Shown here: piece by piece, positions 8,979-18,894 of the stretch | Numbering within the stretch: position 1 is the first letter of the stretch | Layout of the letters: each line of letters begins with the position of its first letter | DNA from: Candidatus Sericytochromatia bacterium | GTDB lineage: Bacteria > Cyanobacteriota > Sericytochromatia > S15B-MN24 > UBA4093 | Assembly (NCBI GenBank): GCA_036676985.1 | Contig: JAKFBU010000056.1 | Location: forward strand, 1 to 64,000 | Reading direction: 5' to 3' | DNA: 64,000 bases | The notes under the pieces: generated by a model | The model's input: the letters and a program-made list of their open reading frames with translations, nothing else | Told to the model about the DNA's origin: nothing | The model's database searches: none | Made by a program: the position numbers and the translations under genes

Positions 8979-10229
8979 ATGCGCGCGGAGATCCTGAACA
9001 TCGGCACCGAGCTCCTCATCGGGCAGGTGGTCAACACCAACGCGACCTACCTTGCCCAGGAGCTCGCCCGCCTCGGCATCGACTGCTACTACGTCACGAC
9101 CGTGGGCGACAACCCGCTGCGCATCCTCGAGGCCCTCAAGCTCGCCTGGGAGCGTGCGGACCTCGTCATCTGCACGGGCGGTCTCGGCCCGACGGCCGAC
9201 GACCTCACGCACGAGATGGTGGCGGAGTTCGTGGGCGATCGCATGGAGCTCGACGCGGAGATCCTCGCGCGGATCCAGGCGGCCTTCAAGGCCCGGGGGC
9301 GCGACCTCCTGCCCACCGAGCAGAAGCTCGCCATGTTCCCGGCGTCGGCCACCCTCATCCGCAACCCGGCCGGCACGGCCTCGGGCGTCTACATCGAGCG
9401 CGGCGACAAGCGGCTCATGACCTTCCCCGGCGTGCCCCACGAGCTGCGCCACATGTGGGAGTCGTGGGCGCGTCCCACCCTCGAGCAGCTCACGGGCGGC
9501 ACCATCCGCTCGCGGCTCCTCAAGTTCGTGGGCATCGACGAGGCGGATGCCGCCAACCGGGTGAGCGACCTCCTGGAAGGCACCAACCCGACGGTCGCGC
9601 CGTACGCCGGCAACGGCGAGGTGCACCTGCGCGTGACGGCCAAGGCCGACAGCGCCGAAGCGGCCGACACCCTCCTCGCTCCGGTGGTCGCGGAGATCAC
9701 GCGTCGGCTCGGCGAGTGGCTCTACGGCACGGACGACGACACCCTGCCCGGCGTGATCGGACGCATGTTGCGCGAGCGCAGCGAGAAGCTCGCGGTCGCC
9801 GAGTCGTGCTCGGGGGGGCTCCTGGCCAGCCGGATCACGGACGTCTCGGGCTCGTCGGACTACTTCCTCGGAGGCGTGGTCAGCTACGCCGTGAGCGAGA
9901 AGGTGCGCTTTTTGGGCCTGGACGAGGCCTTCATCCAGCACCACACGCACGTGAGCCACGAGGTGACGGAAGCCATGGCCAAGGCCATCGTGGACGTCAC
10001 GGGCGCGACCTGGGGCGTCGGCATCACGGGCTACGCGGGTCCGAGCTCCAACACGCCGGAGGACGAGGTGGGCCATGTCTACGTGGCCGTCTGCGGGCCC
10101 GAAGGGACGGAGACGCACTCGTACCGGTTCGGCCGTCACCCGCGGGACAAGGTGAAGTGGTTCGCCACCCAGCGGGCACTGGCGCTCTTGTTCCAGAGCC
10201 TGCGACGCAAGGCTCCGGCCGGCATCTGA
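8979..10229 (+). CDS. cinA: CinA (MoCF domain fused to PncC NMN deamidase)
   Basis: GTELLIG, GGLGPTADD, PGVP, AESCSGG and TGYAGP motifs. Confidence 0.93.
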   Translation: MRAEILNIGTELLIGQVVNTNATYLAQELARLGIDCYYVTTVGDNPLRILEALKLAWERADLVICTGGLGPTADDLTHEMVAEFVGDRMELDAEILARIQAAFKARGRDLLPTEQKLAMFPASATLIRNPAGTASGVYIERGDKRLMTFPGVPHELRHMWESWARPTLEQLTGGTIRSRLLKFVGIDEADAANRVSDLLEGTNPTVAPYAGNGEVHLRVTAKADSAEAADTLLAPVVAEITRRLGEWLYGTDDDTLPGVIGRMLRERSEKLAVAESCSGGLLASRITDVSGSSDYFLGGVVSYAVSEKVRFLGLDEAFIQHHTHVSHEVTEAMAKAIVDVTGATWGVGITGYAGPSSNTPEDEVGHVYVAVCGPEGTETHSYRFGRHPRDKVKWFATQRALALLFQSLRRKAPAGI

Positions 10230-10242
10230 CACCTGTCCTCGA

Positions 10243-10271
10243 GGCCCCGCCATCTCGGCGGGGCCATTTTT
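10243..10271 (+). terminator. intrinsic terminator after cinA
   Basis: GGCCCCGCC-ATCTC-GGCGGGGCC followed by ATTTTT. Confidence 0.8.
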
Positions 10272-10401
10272 CTCGCGCCCCTGGTAACGAGCGCTTGCCC
10301 CAGGAGAGATGAAGTTGCCATCCGTACGAAGATACGTCACAATACGAACCCTTGGTAACGTTTCTTGAAACACCGTCGTCCGACGGAGGAGGTGCCGCCC
10401 C

Positions 10402-11943
10402 ATGGAACGCTCCGTCCCGCTGCAGCCCGGCTCGATCGTGGGGGCCCAGCGCTCCGCCCTGCTGCAGCTGACCCGGTTGCTGGACATGTCCTCGGATGCC
10501 GTGATGGTACGGGATCTCGACGGCCGTCTCACCTACTGGAACCAGGGCGCCGAGCGTCACTACGGCTGGAAGGACCACGAGGCGGTCGGTCGGATCGGTC
10601 TCGACCTCCTGGGGACCACGCTGCCCGCCCCTCTGGAAGCCGTCGAGGCGGCGTTGCATGAGACGGGTCATTGGGAGGGGCGGCTCTCGCAGGGCCATCG
10701 CGACGGCCACCGGCTCTCGGTCACGAGCCGGTGGGAGGTATTTCGCGACGAGAATGGCCAGCCTAGCGCCGTCCTGCAGGTCGAGCGTCCGGCTCCCGTC
10801 TCACAAGAAGCCGCCGAGTGGGCCGTGGTCCTCGAGGATCTCATCCAGAACCTGCCGGCGACCTTCGTGTATCTCGACACGAACTGGATCTACCGGATCG
10901 TCACGGAGCAAACGGCCCGCTTGATGGGCCTGACGGTCGAGGCCATGGTCGGGCGCCACTTCCTGGAGGTGTTCCCGGATGGCAAAGCGGAAATGGAGGC
11001 CATGCACCAGGCCGTCTGCGTCGAGGGTCGGACCCTCTCGAGCGTCGGGGCCAGGATGCCCATTCCCCAACCGGACGGCACCCAGCTCGAGACCTACTGG
11101 GATTACACCCTGCGCCCGGTCCACGATCGGCAGGGTCGGCTCACGGGCTTCATCTCGCTCGGCTACGAGGTCTCCACGCGCGTGTCCCTGGAGGCCGCGG
11201 TCGCCGATCACACCGCCGCCCTGGAGCGGGCCAACCGCGAGCTCAAGGAGACGGACCGCTACAAGGACGAATTCCTCTCGGTGGTCAGCCACGAGCTCAA
11301 GACGCCCCTCAACTTCATCATGGGCTTCGCGAGCATCCTCGCGGACGAGGTGAACGGGCCGCTCACCCCCGATCAGCACCAGCACGTCCAGCGCATCCAG
11401 GATGGGGCCGAGCGCATGCACGACCTCGTCAACGACCTCCTGGACATCGGGCAGATGGCGGCCGAGCGGTTCCAGATCACGCGCCGCGCGATCGCGCTCG
11501 ACTCGTTGGTAGACCAGGCGATCGCCACCCTGCGCCCGCTGGCCGACCACCGCAACCTCCGGATCACGTCGTCCGGGAGCCTCGCACGAACCCTCCTGGC
11601 GGACCGCTCCCGCATCCTCCAGGTGCTCACCAACCTCATCGGCAACGCCGTCAAGTTCAGCCCCATGGGCGGCGAGGTCCGGGTGGAGGTCCGCGAGGGG
11701 GAGGCGTGCGCCCAAGTGCACATCATCGACAGCGGTCCCGGGATCGCGGCGGACGATCTCGCGCGCCTGTTCGTGCCCTTCAGGCAGATCGACATGAGCC
11801 CGACCCGGCGGGTCGGGGGCACGGGGCTCGGCCTCTACATCTCCAAGATGCTGCTCGAGGCCCATGGGGGACAGATCGGCGTCGAGAGCGAGCCCGGACG
11901 GGGCAGCCGCTTCTGGTTCGAGCTGCCCCTCGACGAGGACTAG
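10402..11943 (+). CDS. cytoplasmic PAS-PAS sensor histidine kinase (no adjacent response regulator)
   Basis: Two PAS/PAC domains, H-box SHELKTPL, N-box [10 protein letters not shown]-boxes DSGPGI and GTGLGL. Confidence 0.92.
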   Translation: MERSVPLQPGSIVGAQRSALLQLTRLLDMSSDAVMVRDLDGRLTYWNQGAERHYGWKDHEAVGRIGLDLLGTTLPAPLEAVEAALHETGHWEGRLSQGHRDGHRLSVTSRWEVFRDENGQPSAVLQVERPAPVSQEAAEWAVVLEDLIQNLPATFVYLDTNWIYRIVTEQTARLMGLTVEAMVGRHFLEVFPDGKAEMEAMHQAVCVEGRTLSSVGARMPIPQPDGTQLETYWDYTLRPVHDRQGRLTGFISLGYEVSTRVSLEAAVADHTAALERANRELKETDRYKDEFLSVVSHELKTPLNFIMGFASILADEVNGPLTPDQHQHVQRIQDGAERMHDLVNDLLDIGQMAAERFQITRRAIALDSLVDQAIATLRPLADHRNLRITSSGSLARTLLADRSRILQVLTNLIGNAVKFSPMGGEVRVEVREGEACAQVHIIDSGPGIAADDLARLFVPFRQIDMSPTRRVGGTGLGLYISKMLLEAHGGQIGVESEPGRGSRFWFELPLDED

Positions 11944-13325
11944 AAGCCCAGCTGCACCCCGAGGGCGAGACCCGTCTGGTTGGCCTTGCCGAAGCGCGTC
12001 TCGCCTGTCAGGTAACCCACCGGCGCCTCCCAGACGTTGAGGCCCGCCGTCACGGCCAGCTTCGGCGTCACGTGGTACTCGACGCCCGCCTCCGACGAGT
12101 AGAGGATCAGCCCCGAGGGGTTTGGCGTCGTCGGGTTGCCGCCCGCGAGCTGGGATCCCAGGAGCATGCTCGAGAGCCCGCCCTTGAGGAAGAGACCCCA
12201 GGGTCCGTTGCCTGGCCGCAAGTAGCCGACTGCCCCCACGCCCGGGCCCATGAACAGGTAGCTCTCGCCGGGCGCGAAGTCCGCATACGCGCGCAGGCCC
12301 AGGTAGGGCTGGAGCTGTACTGGGCCCAGCATGGGCACCTGGACCATCACCCCGAACGTCTCGTCGAGGGCCGTGCCCGAAGACGAGCCGGAGCCCAGGC
12401 CCGCCAGCGCGCCGGACTGGAGCTGGAGGCGCGTGTCCGAGAGGAAGAACCAGGATCCCGCATAGCGCACGTACCGCATGCCGAGCGCCTGCAGCATCTG
12501 ACCGTTGCCGCTGGCCGGCAGCCCGCCCGTGACGCCCGAGTCGAGCTCCAGGCGCAGGGGCGTGAGGTCCTGATAGCGTCGGGGGCTCGCGGAGAGGCTC
12601 TCCGCTTCCTTCTGGCGGCCCGTCTCGGCGATGAGCTCGCGGATCTGGGGCACGGTCTGGGAGATGGCCTGCGCGTACTGGTAGCGCGTCAGCTCCTCGG
12701 GCCCGCGGAAGGTGCCGTCCGGAAAGCCCACCATGACCTTGTAGCGCTGCGAGACGTCGAGCACGTCCCGGTAGGCCCAGTCCTTGGGGCTCACGTCCGA
12801 GAACGTGGGGCCATCACCCACCTTGCCGCGCGGGCGCACCAGGTCCTTGGACTCGGCGAGGCGCAGGAGGTTGTCGATGATCTTCGCCATCTCGTAGCGG
12901 GTGACGGTCTTCTCCCCGTTGAACCGATCGGGCGTCACGTCCGGGACGCCCTCGAAGAGGCCGTAGTCGTTGGCGATCGCCAGCACCCGGTCCCGGTCGG
13001 CTCCCGGCTTGACGTCGGCGTAGCTGTTCATCGGGTGGTCGATGGGCCGCCAGGAGGTCTTGCTGAGGGTCTCGAACTCCTTGAGCAGGCTCACGAGGCT
13101 ATCCACGAACTGGAAGCGCGTGAACGGCTTGTCGCCCCGGAAGGTGCCATCCGGATAGCCCCGCATGAGGTCGCGCTTGATGGCCACCTCGGCGACTCCG
13201 ACCTCGGCCCAGTGGCCCGCGGGCACGTCCTGGAAGGTGTCGGAGGCGAGGCTCGCGAAGGCGGGGGCGGCGAGCGCGACGGACATGGCGATCGCGAGAA
13301 CGAACGGGCGGCGAAGCTGCTTCAT
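11940..13325 (-). CDS. S-layer-homology (SLH) domain outer-membrane beta-barrel protein
   Basis: Signal peptide; SLH motifs [16 protein letters not shown] and [15 protein letters not shown]; amphipathic strands ending in terminal Phe (GVQLGF). Confidence 0.8.
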   Translation of the reverse strand: MKQLRRPFVLAIAMSVALAAPAFASLASDTFQDVPAGHWAEVGVAEVAIKRDLMRGYPDGTFRGDKPFTRFQFVDSLVSLLKEFETLSKTSWRPIDHPMNSYADVKPGADRDRVLAIANDYGLFEGVPDVTPDRFNGEKTVTRYEMAKIIDNLLRLAESKDLVRPRGKVGDGPTFSDVSPKDWAYRDVLDVSQRYKVMVGFPDGTFRGPEELTRYQYAQAISQTVPQIRELIAETGRQKEAESLSASPRRYQDLTPLRLELDSGVTGGLPASGNGQMLQALGMRYVRYAGSWFFLSDTRLQLQSGALAGLGSGSSSGTALDETFGVMVQVPMLGPVQLQPYLGLRAYADFAPGESYLFMGPGVGAVGYLRPGNGPWGLFLKGGLSSMLLGSQLAGGNPTTPNPSGLILYSSEAGVEYHVTPKLAVTAGLNVWEAPVGYLTGETRFGKANQTGLALGVQLGF

Positions 13326-13539
13326 GGGGGCTCCAGTCGATCATGGGCCCCGGCCGCACGCCGCGGCGCGGGGGCTTTCCCTATCGTAGCGCGCCCGGTC
13401 CCGGCCGACAACGGCGGGCGTTCGCGTCTCTACCGAGGGTTTGACGCCATGGCCGCCGCCCGGGTTCCCTCGGTTGCGGGAAGGGCCGGTCTTCGTTAAG
13501 ATCTGTGACGTCACCCGCTCGTATCGAAATCAGGAGCCC

Positions 13540-16500
13540 ATGCTGCGCACGCATCCGCCGGACGAACTCGCCGCCCACTTCACGGACCTCTCCGCCTGGC
13601 TCGCCCCGGGCGGGCTCGACGAGGCCGCCGACGCCTTCCTGCAGTATTGCCGCACCGGGGGCAATGCCCCCTACCAGGCGACCAAGACGCTGCATGGCCT
13701 CTTGAAGCCCGACGAGACCCGACACCTGGGCCTCAAGCTGGTGCAGGCCCTCAAGGCCCGCGCGCGGGACGCCCACGACGAACACTTCCGGATCGAGACG
13801 CTCGACATCGAGATCGCCGGCCGGCGGCACCGCCTGGACGTGCTCGTCCTGCCGAGTATCTTCACGCCGGAGGACTGGGGCTACACCTTCCTCGAAGGCC
13901 TCCTGCGCCGCCCGCTCGAGGACTACGACGACAAGACGCTCGTCGAGGTGGGCTGCGGCTCGGGCTGGATCTCCATCGCGCTCGCCAAGTTCACGGACGT
14001 CAAGCGCATCGTGGGCCTCGACATCAACCCGCGGGCCGTCATCGTCAGCGAGGTCAACGCCCTCATCAACTCCTACGACGCGGACGGCCGGCCCCTGTAT
14101 GACCGCTCGCGACGGCTCGTCTTCGAGCGCTTCGAGGTCAAGACCTCCAACCTGTTGCAGGAGGTGATCCAGGGCGGCGAGAAGGTCGACTTCATCATCG
14201 GGTGCATCCCGCAGGTGCTCGCGCCGGACGAGAACCTCGATCTCGCGCGCCTCTCCGAGTACTCGGACTCCAAGCTCCTCGGGGACCTGGGCAACTACTG
14301 CGCCCTGCAAGGCGTCTTCGAGGACCAGTTCGGCCTCGGCCTCAACGCCGCCCTGCTCGAAGAAAGCGTCCGCTGCCTCAAGCGCGACGGCCGGGTCATC
14401 CTCAACCTGGCGGGCCGCCCGGGTGACGGCGTCATCCGCCTCATGTTCACGCGTCGGGGCTTCGAGCCCAAGGTCCTCTGGAAGAGCCGCGTGCCCCAGG
14501 CCTCGGACACCAACATCGAGCCCCTCGTGACCCTGGAGCGCCGCATGGGCAGCGACTTCCAGTTCTTCATGAACCAGGCCTCCAGCGAGCCCATCAACGC
14601 CCAGACGGCCCGCGAGCTGCGCGAGGCGGGCGGCGACCTGTGGCACGATCTGTCGGTCTACGAGGCGCACATGCGCGACCCGGTGGAGCTGCGCGAGCTG
14701 GATCGGCTCCTGGGGCAGCTCGGCCTGAACGCCCTCAAGCGCGAGATCGACCTGACGGCCATGCGAGGCGACCAGCTCGCCTTCATCAACCGGATGGCCG
14801 CCCTGTTGCGCGATCGAAAGAAGGCCCCCTACGTCCACGAGTGCGGCAGCCCGGCCTTCCGGGCGAAGCTCGCGAGCTTCCTCACCAAGCAGTACCAGCT
14901 CGCGCTCGACGCCGACAGCCTGTTCGTGGGCCCGCAGCGCGAGCAGGTCGTCTTCTCCCTCTTGGTCAGCCTCTGCAACCCGGGCGATCGCGTGCTCGTC
15001 AGCCGCAACCTCGCCGACCGCTACCGCCTGGCGGCCAAGAAGGCGGGCGTCCAGCTCACGGTCGCCAACGACACCCTCGAGGAGATCCACCAGCTCATCG
15101 GGCGCTTTGCGCCCAAGGTGGCGCTGATCGCCATCGCGGACCGGGAGCGCAAGAACTGGTCCAGCCTGCGCCGCATGCTCGAGGCCGCGCAGACGGCCGT
15201 CATCCTCGACGAGACCGACGAGCTGGTGCTCAGCCAGGAGGCGCCACCCAACGACGTCCTCGACGTCCTGAACCGCGAGGGGCTCCTCCACGAGGCCATC
15301 GTGCTCGCCGAGTTCGCGGCCCCCGAGACCTTCCCGACGTTCGCCGCGACGGTGGTGGCGAACGCCAACCGCGAACTCATGCGCAACCTCGCCATCATGG
15401 CCGAGGTGACCTACTCGCGCCTCTCCCTGGTCGTCGAGGAATTCTTCCTCAAGCGCGTCGAAGAGGCCCTCGCCTTCTCGATCGTGCCCCAAGGCGGCCC
15501 TGGGCGCTCGGCGGCTCCTGCCGACACCCGCCGGTCCCTGCGCTTCAGCAACCGGATCATCCAGGCCAACGACGCGCCCGCCTTCGAGGAGGTCCCGGAG
15601 TCGGAGGCCGTGATCCGGCTCGACTACGGCGAGAACGAGCTGCAAATCCCCCAGCGCCTGGTCCTCGGGCTGCTCAAGGGGCTGTTCGACCGGCCGGGTC
15701 CCGGCACGGAGCTGCAGACCAAGCAGGCGATCGCCGCCTACCTCTCCGAGACCCGGCAGGTCTCCTACGCTCCCGAGCACCTGGTGCTCGGACAGGGCGT
15801 CATCCCCCTCATCGGGGACGCCATCCGGGCGGTCGGTCGGCGCACGGGGCGATCGCACGTGACCGTCGCCCTGCCGCGCGGCCACTACGGGGTCTTCCCG
15901 CCCCTGATTCAGCTCGCCGACGCGAGCCTGCAGCTCCTGGAGTCCCAGCCCGAGCGGGGCTTCAAGGTGACGGTCGAGGCCCTCGAGCGCCTGCCCTACC
16001 CGCCGGACGCCCTGTTGCTCGTCAACCCCAACAACCCGTCGGGCGTGTACTACGAGCGCCGGGAGCTCTTGGAAATCGCCCGCTACGCCGTGACCCACCA
16101 GATGACGATCCTGAGCGACGAGATCTTCGCCCTGACGGGCGACCCCGAGCGCTTCACCTCGCTCGCCGCCCTGGACCGCGACGTGCCGGGTCTGGCCGAG
16201 CGGGTCGTCACCTTCGGCGGGCTCTCCAAGGAGTTCGCGGCGGGCGGCCTGCGGGTCGGGTACGCCGCGGGGCGCGATCGCGAGCTCATGCGCGACATGG
16301 AAGGCCTCGGCCTGGGGCCGGTGGATGCTGTCGCCATGCGCGCGGCCGAGGTCCTGTTCGGAGCGTTCCGGCGCACGGACCTGGGACGCCTGGTGGACGA
16401 GACGGGCTACCACGAGGTGGTGCGCTACCTCGATCTGCAACGAGAGCATCTGACGATGCGCTACCAGCGCCTGCGCGAGGTGCTCGAGGGCCTGGGGCTG

Positions 16501-16776
16501 GTACCCGAGGCGCCCTGGGCGGGGGGGCTGTTCGTCCTGGCGCCCACGAGCGCATGGCACGGCCGCATCTGGCAGGGACCGAGCGGCCCTGTCCGCCTGG
16601 ACGAGTCCAACCTGCCCGTCCTGTTGCGCGAGGAGGCAGGCGTGCGCGTGAATCCGGGCGAATGGGCCGGGGCTCCGGGGCACGTGCGGATGGTCTTCGC
16701 CCTGGAGGAACGTCGCCTCAACGAAGCCCTGCGACGCCTCCAGGCCTTCGCACATCGACTCGATCCAGAGAAATAG
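13540..16776 (+). CDS. plant-type methionine S-methyltransferase (SAM methyltransferase fused to class I/II PLP aminotransferase-like domain)
   Basis: PSIFTPEDW, EVGCGSGWISIA, GLDINPRA, GCIPQVL, YCALQGVFEDQFGLGL and NLAGRPG match MMT/MmtN motifs. C-terminal NPNNPSG, SDEIF and GGLSKEF..GLRVG. RBS AGGAG precedes ATG 13540. Confidence 0.85.
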   Translation: MLRTHPPDELAAHFTDLSAWLAPGGLDEAADAFLQYCRTGGNAPYQATKTLHGLLKPDETRHLGLKLVQALKARARDAHDEHFRIETLDIEIAGRRHRLDVLVLPSIFTPEDWGYTFLEGLLRRPLEDYDDKTLVEVGCGSGWISIALAKFTDVKRIVGLDINPRAVIVSEVNALINSYDADGRPLYDRSRRLVFERFEVKTSNLLQEVIQGGEKVDFIIGCIPQVLAPDENLDLARLSEYSDSKLLGDLGNYCALQGVFEDQFGLGLNAALLEESVRCLKRDGRVILNLAGRPGDGVIRLMFTRRGFEPKVLWKSRVPQASDTNIEPLVTLERRMGSDFQFFMNQASSEPINAQTARELREAGGDLWHDLSVYEAHMRDPVELRELDRLLGQLGLNALKREIDLTAMRGDQLAFINRMAALLRDRKKAPYVHECGSPAFRAKLASFLTKQYQLALDADSLFVGPQREQVVFSLLVSLCNPGDRVLVSRNLADRYRLAAKKAGVQLTVANDTLEEIHQLIGRFAPKVALIAIADRERKNWSSLRRMLEAAQTAVILDETDELVLSQEAPPNDVLDVLNREGLLHEAIVLAEFAAPETFPTFAATVVANANRELMRNLAIMAEVTYSRLSLVVEEFFLKRVEEALAFSIVPQGGPGRSAAPADTRRSLRFSNRIIQANDAPAFEEVPESEAVIRLDYGENELQIPQRLVLGLLKGLFDRPGPGTELQTKQAIAAYLSETRQVSYAPEHLVLGQGVIPLIGDAIRAVGRRTGRSHVTVALPRGHYGVFPPLIQLADASLQLLESQPERGFKVTVEALERLPYPPDALLLVNPNNPSGVYYERRELLEIARYAVTHQMTILSDEIFALTGDPERFTSLAALDRDVPGLAERVVTFGGLSKEFAAGGLRVGYAAGRDRELMRDMEGLGLGPVDAVAMRAAEVLFGAFRRTDLGRLVDETGYHEVVRYLDLQREHLTMRYQRLREVLEGLGLVPEAPWAGGLFVLAPTSAWHGRIWQGPSGPVRLDESNLPVLLREEAGVRVNPGEWAGAPGHVRMVFALEERRLNEALRRLQAFAHRLDPEK

Positions 16777-16840
16777 GGCGCACCTCGGCTACCGATCTCG
16801 GGTATAACCTCCTTGGTTGTACCCATGAGGAGGGACCGAG

Positions 16841-18751
16841 ATGACCTATAAAGTCGATGGTGGCGGCGGCATCGACGCCGCTGCCCGAGCCAGGGCCGCG
16901 GAAGCGGCTCGCAAGGCCGCCGAGGAAGCCGCGCGCAAAGCTGCCGAAGAGGCCGCTCGCAAGGCCGCCGAAGAGGCCGCGCGCAAGGCTGCCGAAGAGG
17001 CCGCGCGCAAGGCTGCCGAAGAAGCGGCCCGCAAGGCGGCTGCCCGGGAGCAGGAAAAAGAAGCGATCGGCACCAAGGCCGCCGGTCGCTATGCCGCCTA
17101 TGGCGCTCCGGAGGAGGCGGCGGCTCCCCAGGCCAAGCCCGAGACCAAGCCGGCGGCCAAGACCGAGGGCGTCGAGGCCAAGGCGGAGGCTCCCAAGGCG
17201 GAAGCACCCAAGGCCGACGATGGTCCCATGTCCGCGATCGACAACATCCTCAACAAGGTCAAGTCGTTCCTCAACATCGGCGGCCCGGAGGCCTCCGCCC
17301 CCAAGCCGGAGCCTGCCAAGCCGGAGGCCCCAAAGGCCGAAGCGGCGAAGCCGGAAACCGACGCAGCCGCTGGTAAATCCCTCGAGCCGCCCGCCCTCCC
17401 CGAGTCCATCAAGGCCGAGATGGAGCTTGCCAAGGAGCAGGCCATGTCCAAGCAGGCGGACCGCAAGGAGCGCATGGCGAAGCCGAGCGAGGCGGAACGG
17501 ATGGAGCGCGCCAAGGAGCCCATCGCCGCAGACCAGGAGGCCATGTTCAACACCCTGGAGCCGGCTCAGCAGCAGGCCTTCCGGGAGCTTACTCCCAAGA
17601 GCCGCGAGGACTTCAACAAGGTCTACGAGGCCGTGGGCGGCATGTGGGCCGAGCAGCACGACTTCTCTCAGGTGGCCAGCCATGGCATGCGCAAGATGCT
17701 GCAGGAAGGGCGGCTCGAGGTCAAGGACACCACGGGTCAGACGCTCGTCGGCAACCTGGCCGAGCGGGTCGGCCAGGAGCTCCAGCCGTCCATGCAGACT
17801 CACAACACGACGGCCGGCACCCTGATGAGCGCCATCAAGCAGGTGGCCTATCCCGACCAGGTCTGGCAGGGCCAGAACACCAACACCTGCGCGAGCACGG
17901 CCCTGCAGGGCATCATGGCCAACGAGGACCCCGCGGAGTTCATGCGCATCGCCACGGGCCTCGCCTTCGACGGCAAGGTCCAGCTCGCCGGAGGCGCGAC
18001 CCTCGCGCTCGACGCGAGCAAGATCGGCGATGCGACCGACGGCAACCGCAGCGCGCTGAGCCAGGCGGTCCAGACCTCCTTCGATACCTTCGCCAAGACC
18101 TTCCCGGCTGAGTCCGATACGGACTTCGCCGGAGGCCGGGCGGGCGGCGGCGGCCGCTACGGCGGTGGCCGGGTAGGCAGCGCCGACCGCTTCGGCGGCG
18201 GTCGGGCCGGCGGCGGCGGCAAGTACGGCGAGGGCGAGGTCGCTGACGCGGTGGAGGGTGTGGCCGATGCGGTCGCCGCGGGTGTGCAGAGCATCGGCGG
18301 CCGCAACGGCGGTCAGGTCGACGGCGGAGGCCTCACGCAGAACCAGGTCGAGAAGCTCTACGAGAACGTGGTCGGCCGCCTGGCCGTCAACACCTCGGTC
18401 ACCGAGGACAACCGGTTCGACACCATGGACGGGATCGCAGCCTCCCTCGCCAACGGCATCAAGGTCCCGGTGGGGGTGCAGGGCATCGACGATCAGGGCA
18501 ACGCGACCCACCACATGATCACGGTGCTGGGTATCCGCCAGGATGCCAAGGACCCCGGCAACGATCAGGTGGTCTTCACGGATCCGGGCACCGGCAAGCA
18601 GGCCGCCCTGCCCGTGCGGGACTTCACGCAGATCCTCGAGGCCGCGATCATCCCGGCCCAGTTCGCCGACCACATGCGCTGGAACGTGGCCCCCGACTCG
18701 GCGGATCCGTTCGGCGGGGGCCGTGCCGGCGGCGGGGGCCGGAAGGGCTAG
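16841..18751 (+). CDS. Ala/Glu/Lys repeat protein with C-terminal papain-like (C39/C70-like) peptidase domain
   Basis: RBS GAGGAGG; EEAARKAA repeats; Q..NTC (C350), HHMITVLG (H558) and VVFTDP (D581). Confidence 0.6.
   Translation: MTYKVDGGGGIDAAARARAAEAARKAAEEAARKAAEEAARKAAEEAARKAAEEAARKAAEEAARKAAAREQEKEAIGTKAAGRYAAYGAPEEAAAPQAKPETKPAAKTEGVEAKAEAPKAEAPKADDGPMSAIDNILNKVKSFLNIGGPEASAPKPEPAKPEAPKAEAAKPETDAAAGKSLEPPALPESIKAEMELAKEQAMSKQADRKERMAKPSEAERMERAKEPIAADQEAMFNTLEPAQQQAFRELTPKSREDFNKVYEAVGGMWAEQHDFSQVASHGMRKMLQEGRLEVKDTTGQTLVGNLAERVGQELQPSMQTHNTTAGTLMSAIKQVAYPDQVWQGQNTNTCASTALQGIMANEDPAEFMRIATGLAFDGKVQLAGGATLALDASKIGDATDGNRSALSQAVQTSFDTFAKTFPAESDTDFAGGRAGGGGRYGGGRVGSADRFGGGRAGGGGKYGEGEVADAVEGVADAVAAGVQSIGGRNGGQVDGGGLTQNQVEKLYENVVGRLAVNTSVTEDNRFDTMDGIAASLANGIKVPVGVQGIDDQGNATHHMITVLGIRQDAKDPGNDQVVFTDPGTGKQAALPVRDFTQILEAAIIPAQFADHMRWNVAPDSADPFGGGRAGGGGRKG
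16898..17041 (+). repeat. intragenic 24-bp tandem repeat, about 6 units of (E)EAARKAA
   Basis: Units such as GCCGAAGAGGCCGCGCGCAAGGCT with synonymous variation. Confidence 0.9.
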
Positions 18752-18790
18752 CCCCCGGAAAGCCAACAGGCGAGACATTAACCACTCCGC

Positions 18791-18822
18791 GGCGCGGCCC
18801 TCAGGGGCCGCGTCTCCTTTTT
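18791..18822 (+). terminator. intrinsic terminator
   Basis: GCGCGGCCC-TCAG-GGGCCGCGT followed by CTCCTTTTT. Confidence 0.65.
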
Positions 18823-18894
18823 GGCGTCGGTTCGCTCGTTTGCCCGGCCGCATTCCGGGGAACATTACCCACGTCATCGATATGGGGGAACGCC

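Noticed and set aside
10402-11943. Orphan kinase as a novel system
   Set aside because: It has an ordinary PAS-PAS-HisKA-HATPase architecture, and orphan kinases are common.
13330-13539. SAM riboswitch upstream of the methyltransferase
   Set aside because: No SAM riboswitch core is recognisable. There is only a GTGACGTCAC palindrome (13505-13514), too short to call.
16898-17041. 24-bp tandem repeat as a CRISPR array
   Set aside because: It has no spacers, is in frame and varies synonymously, so it is a coding repeat.
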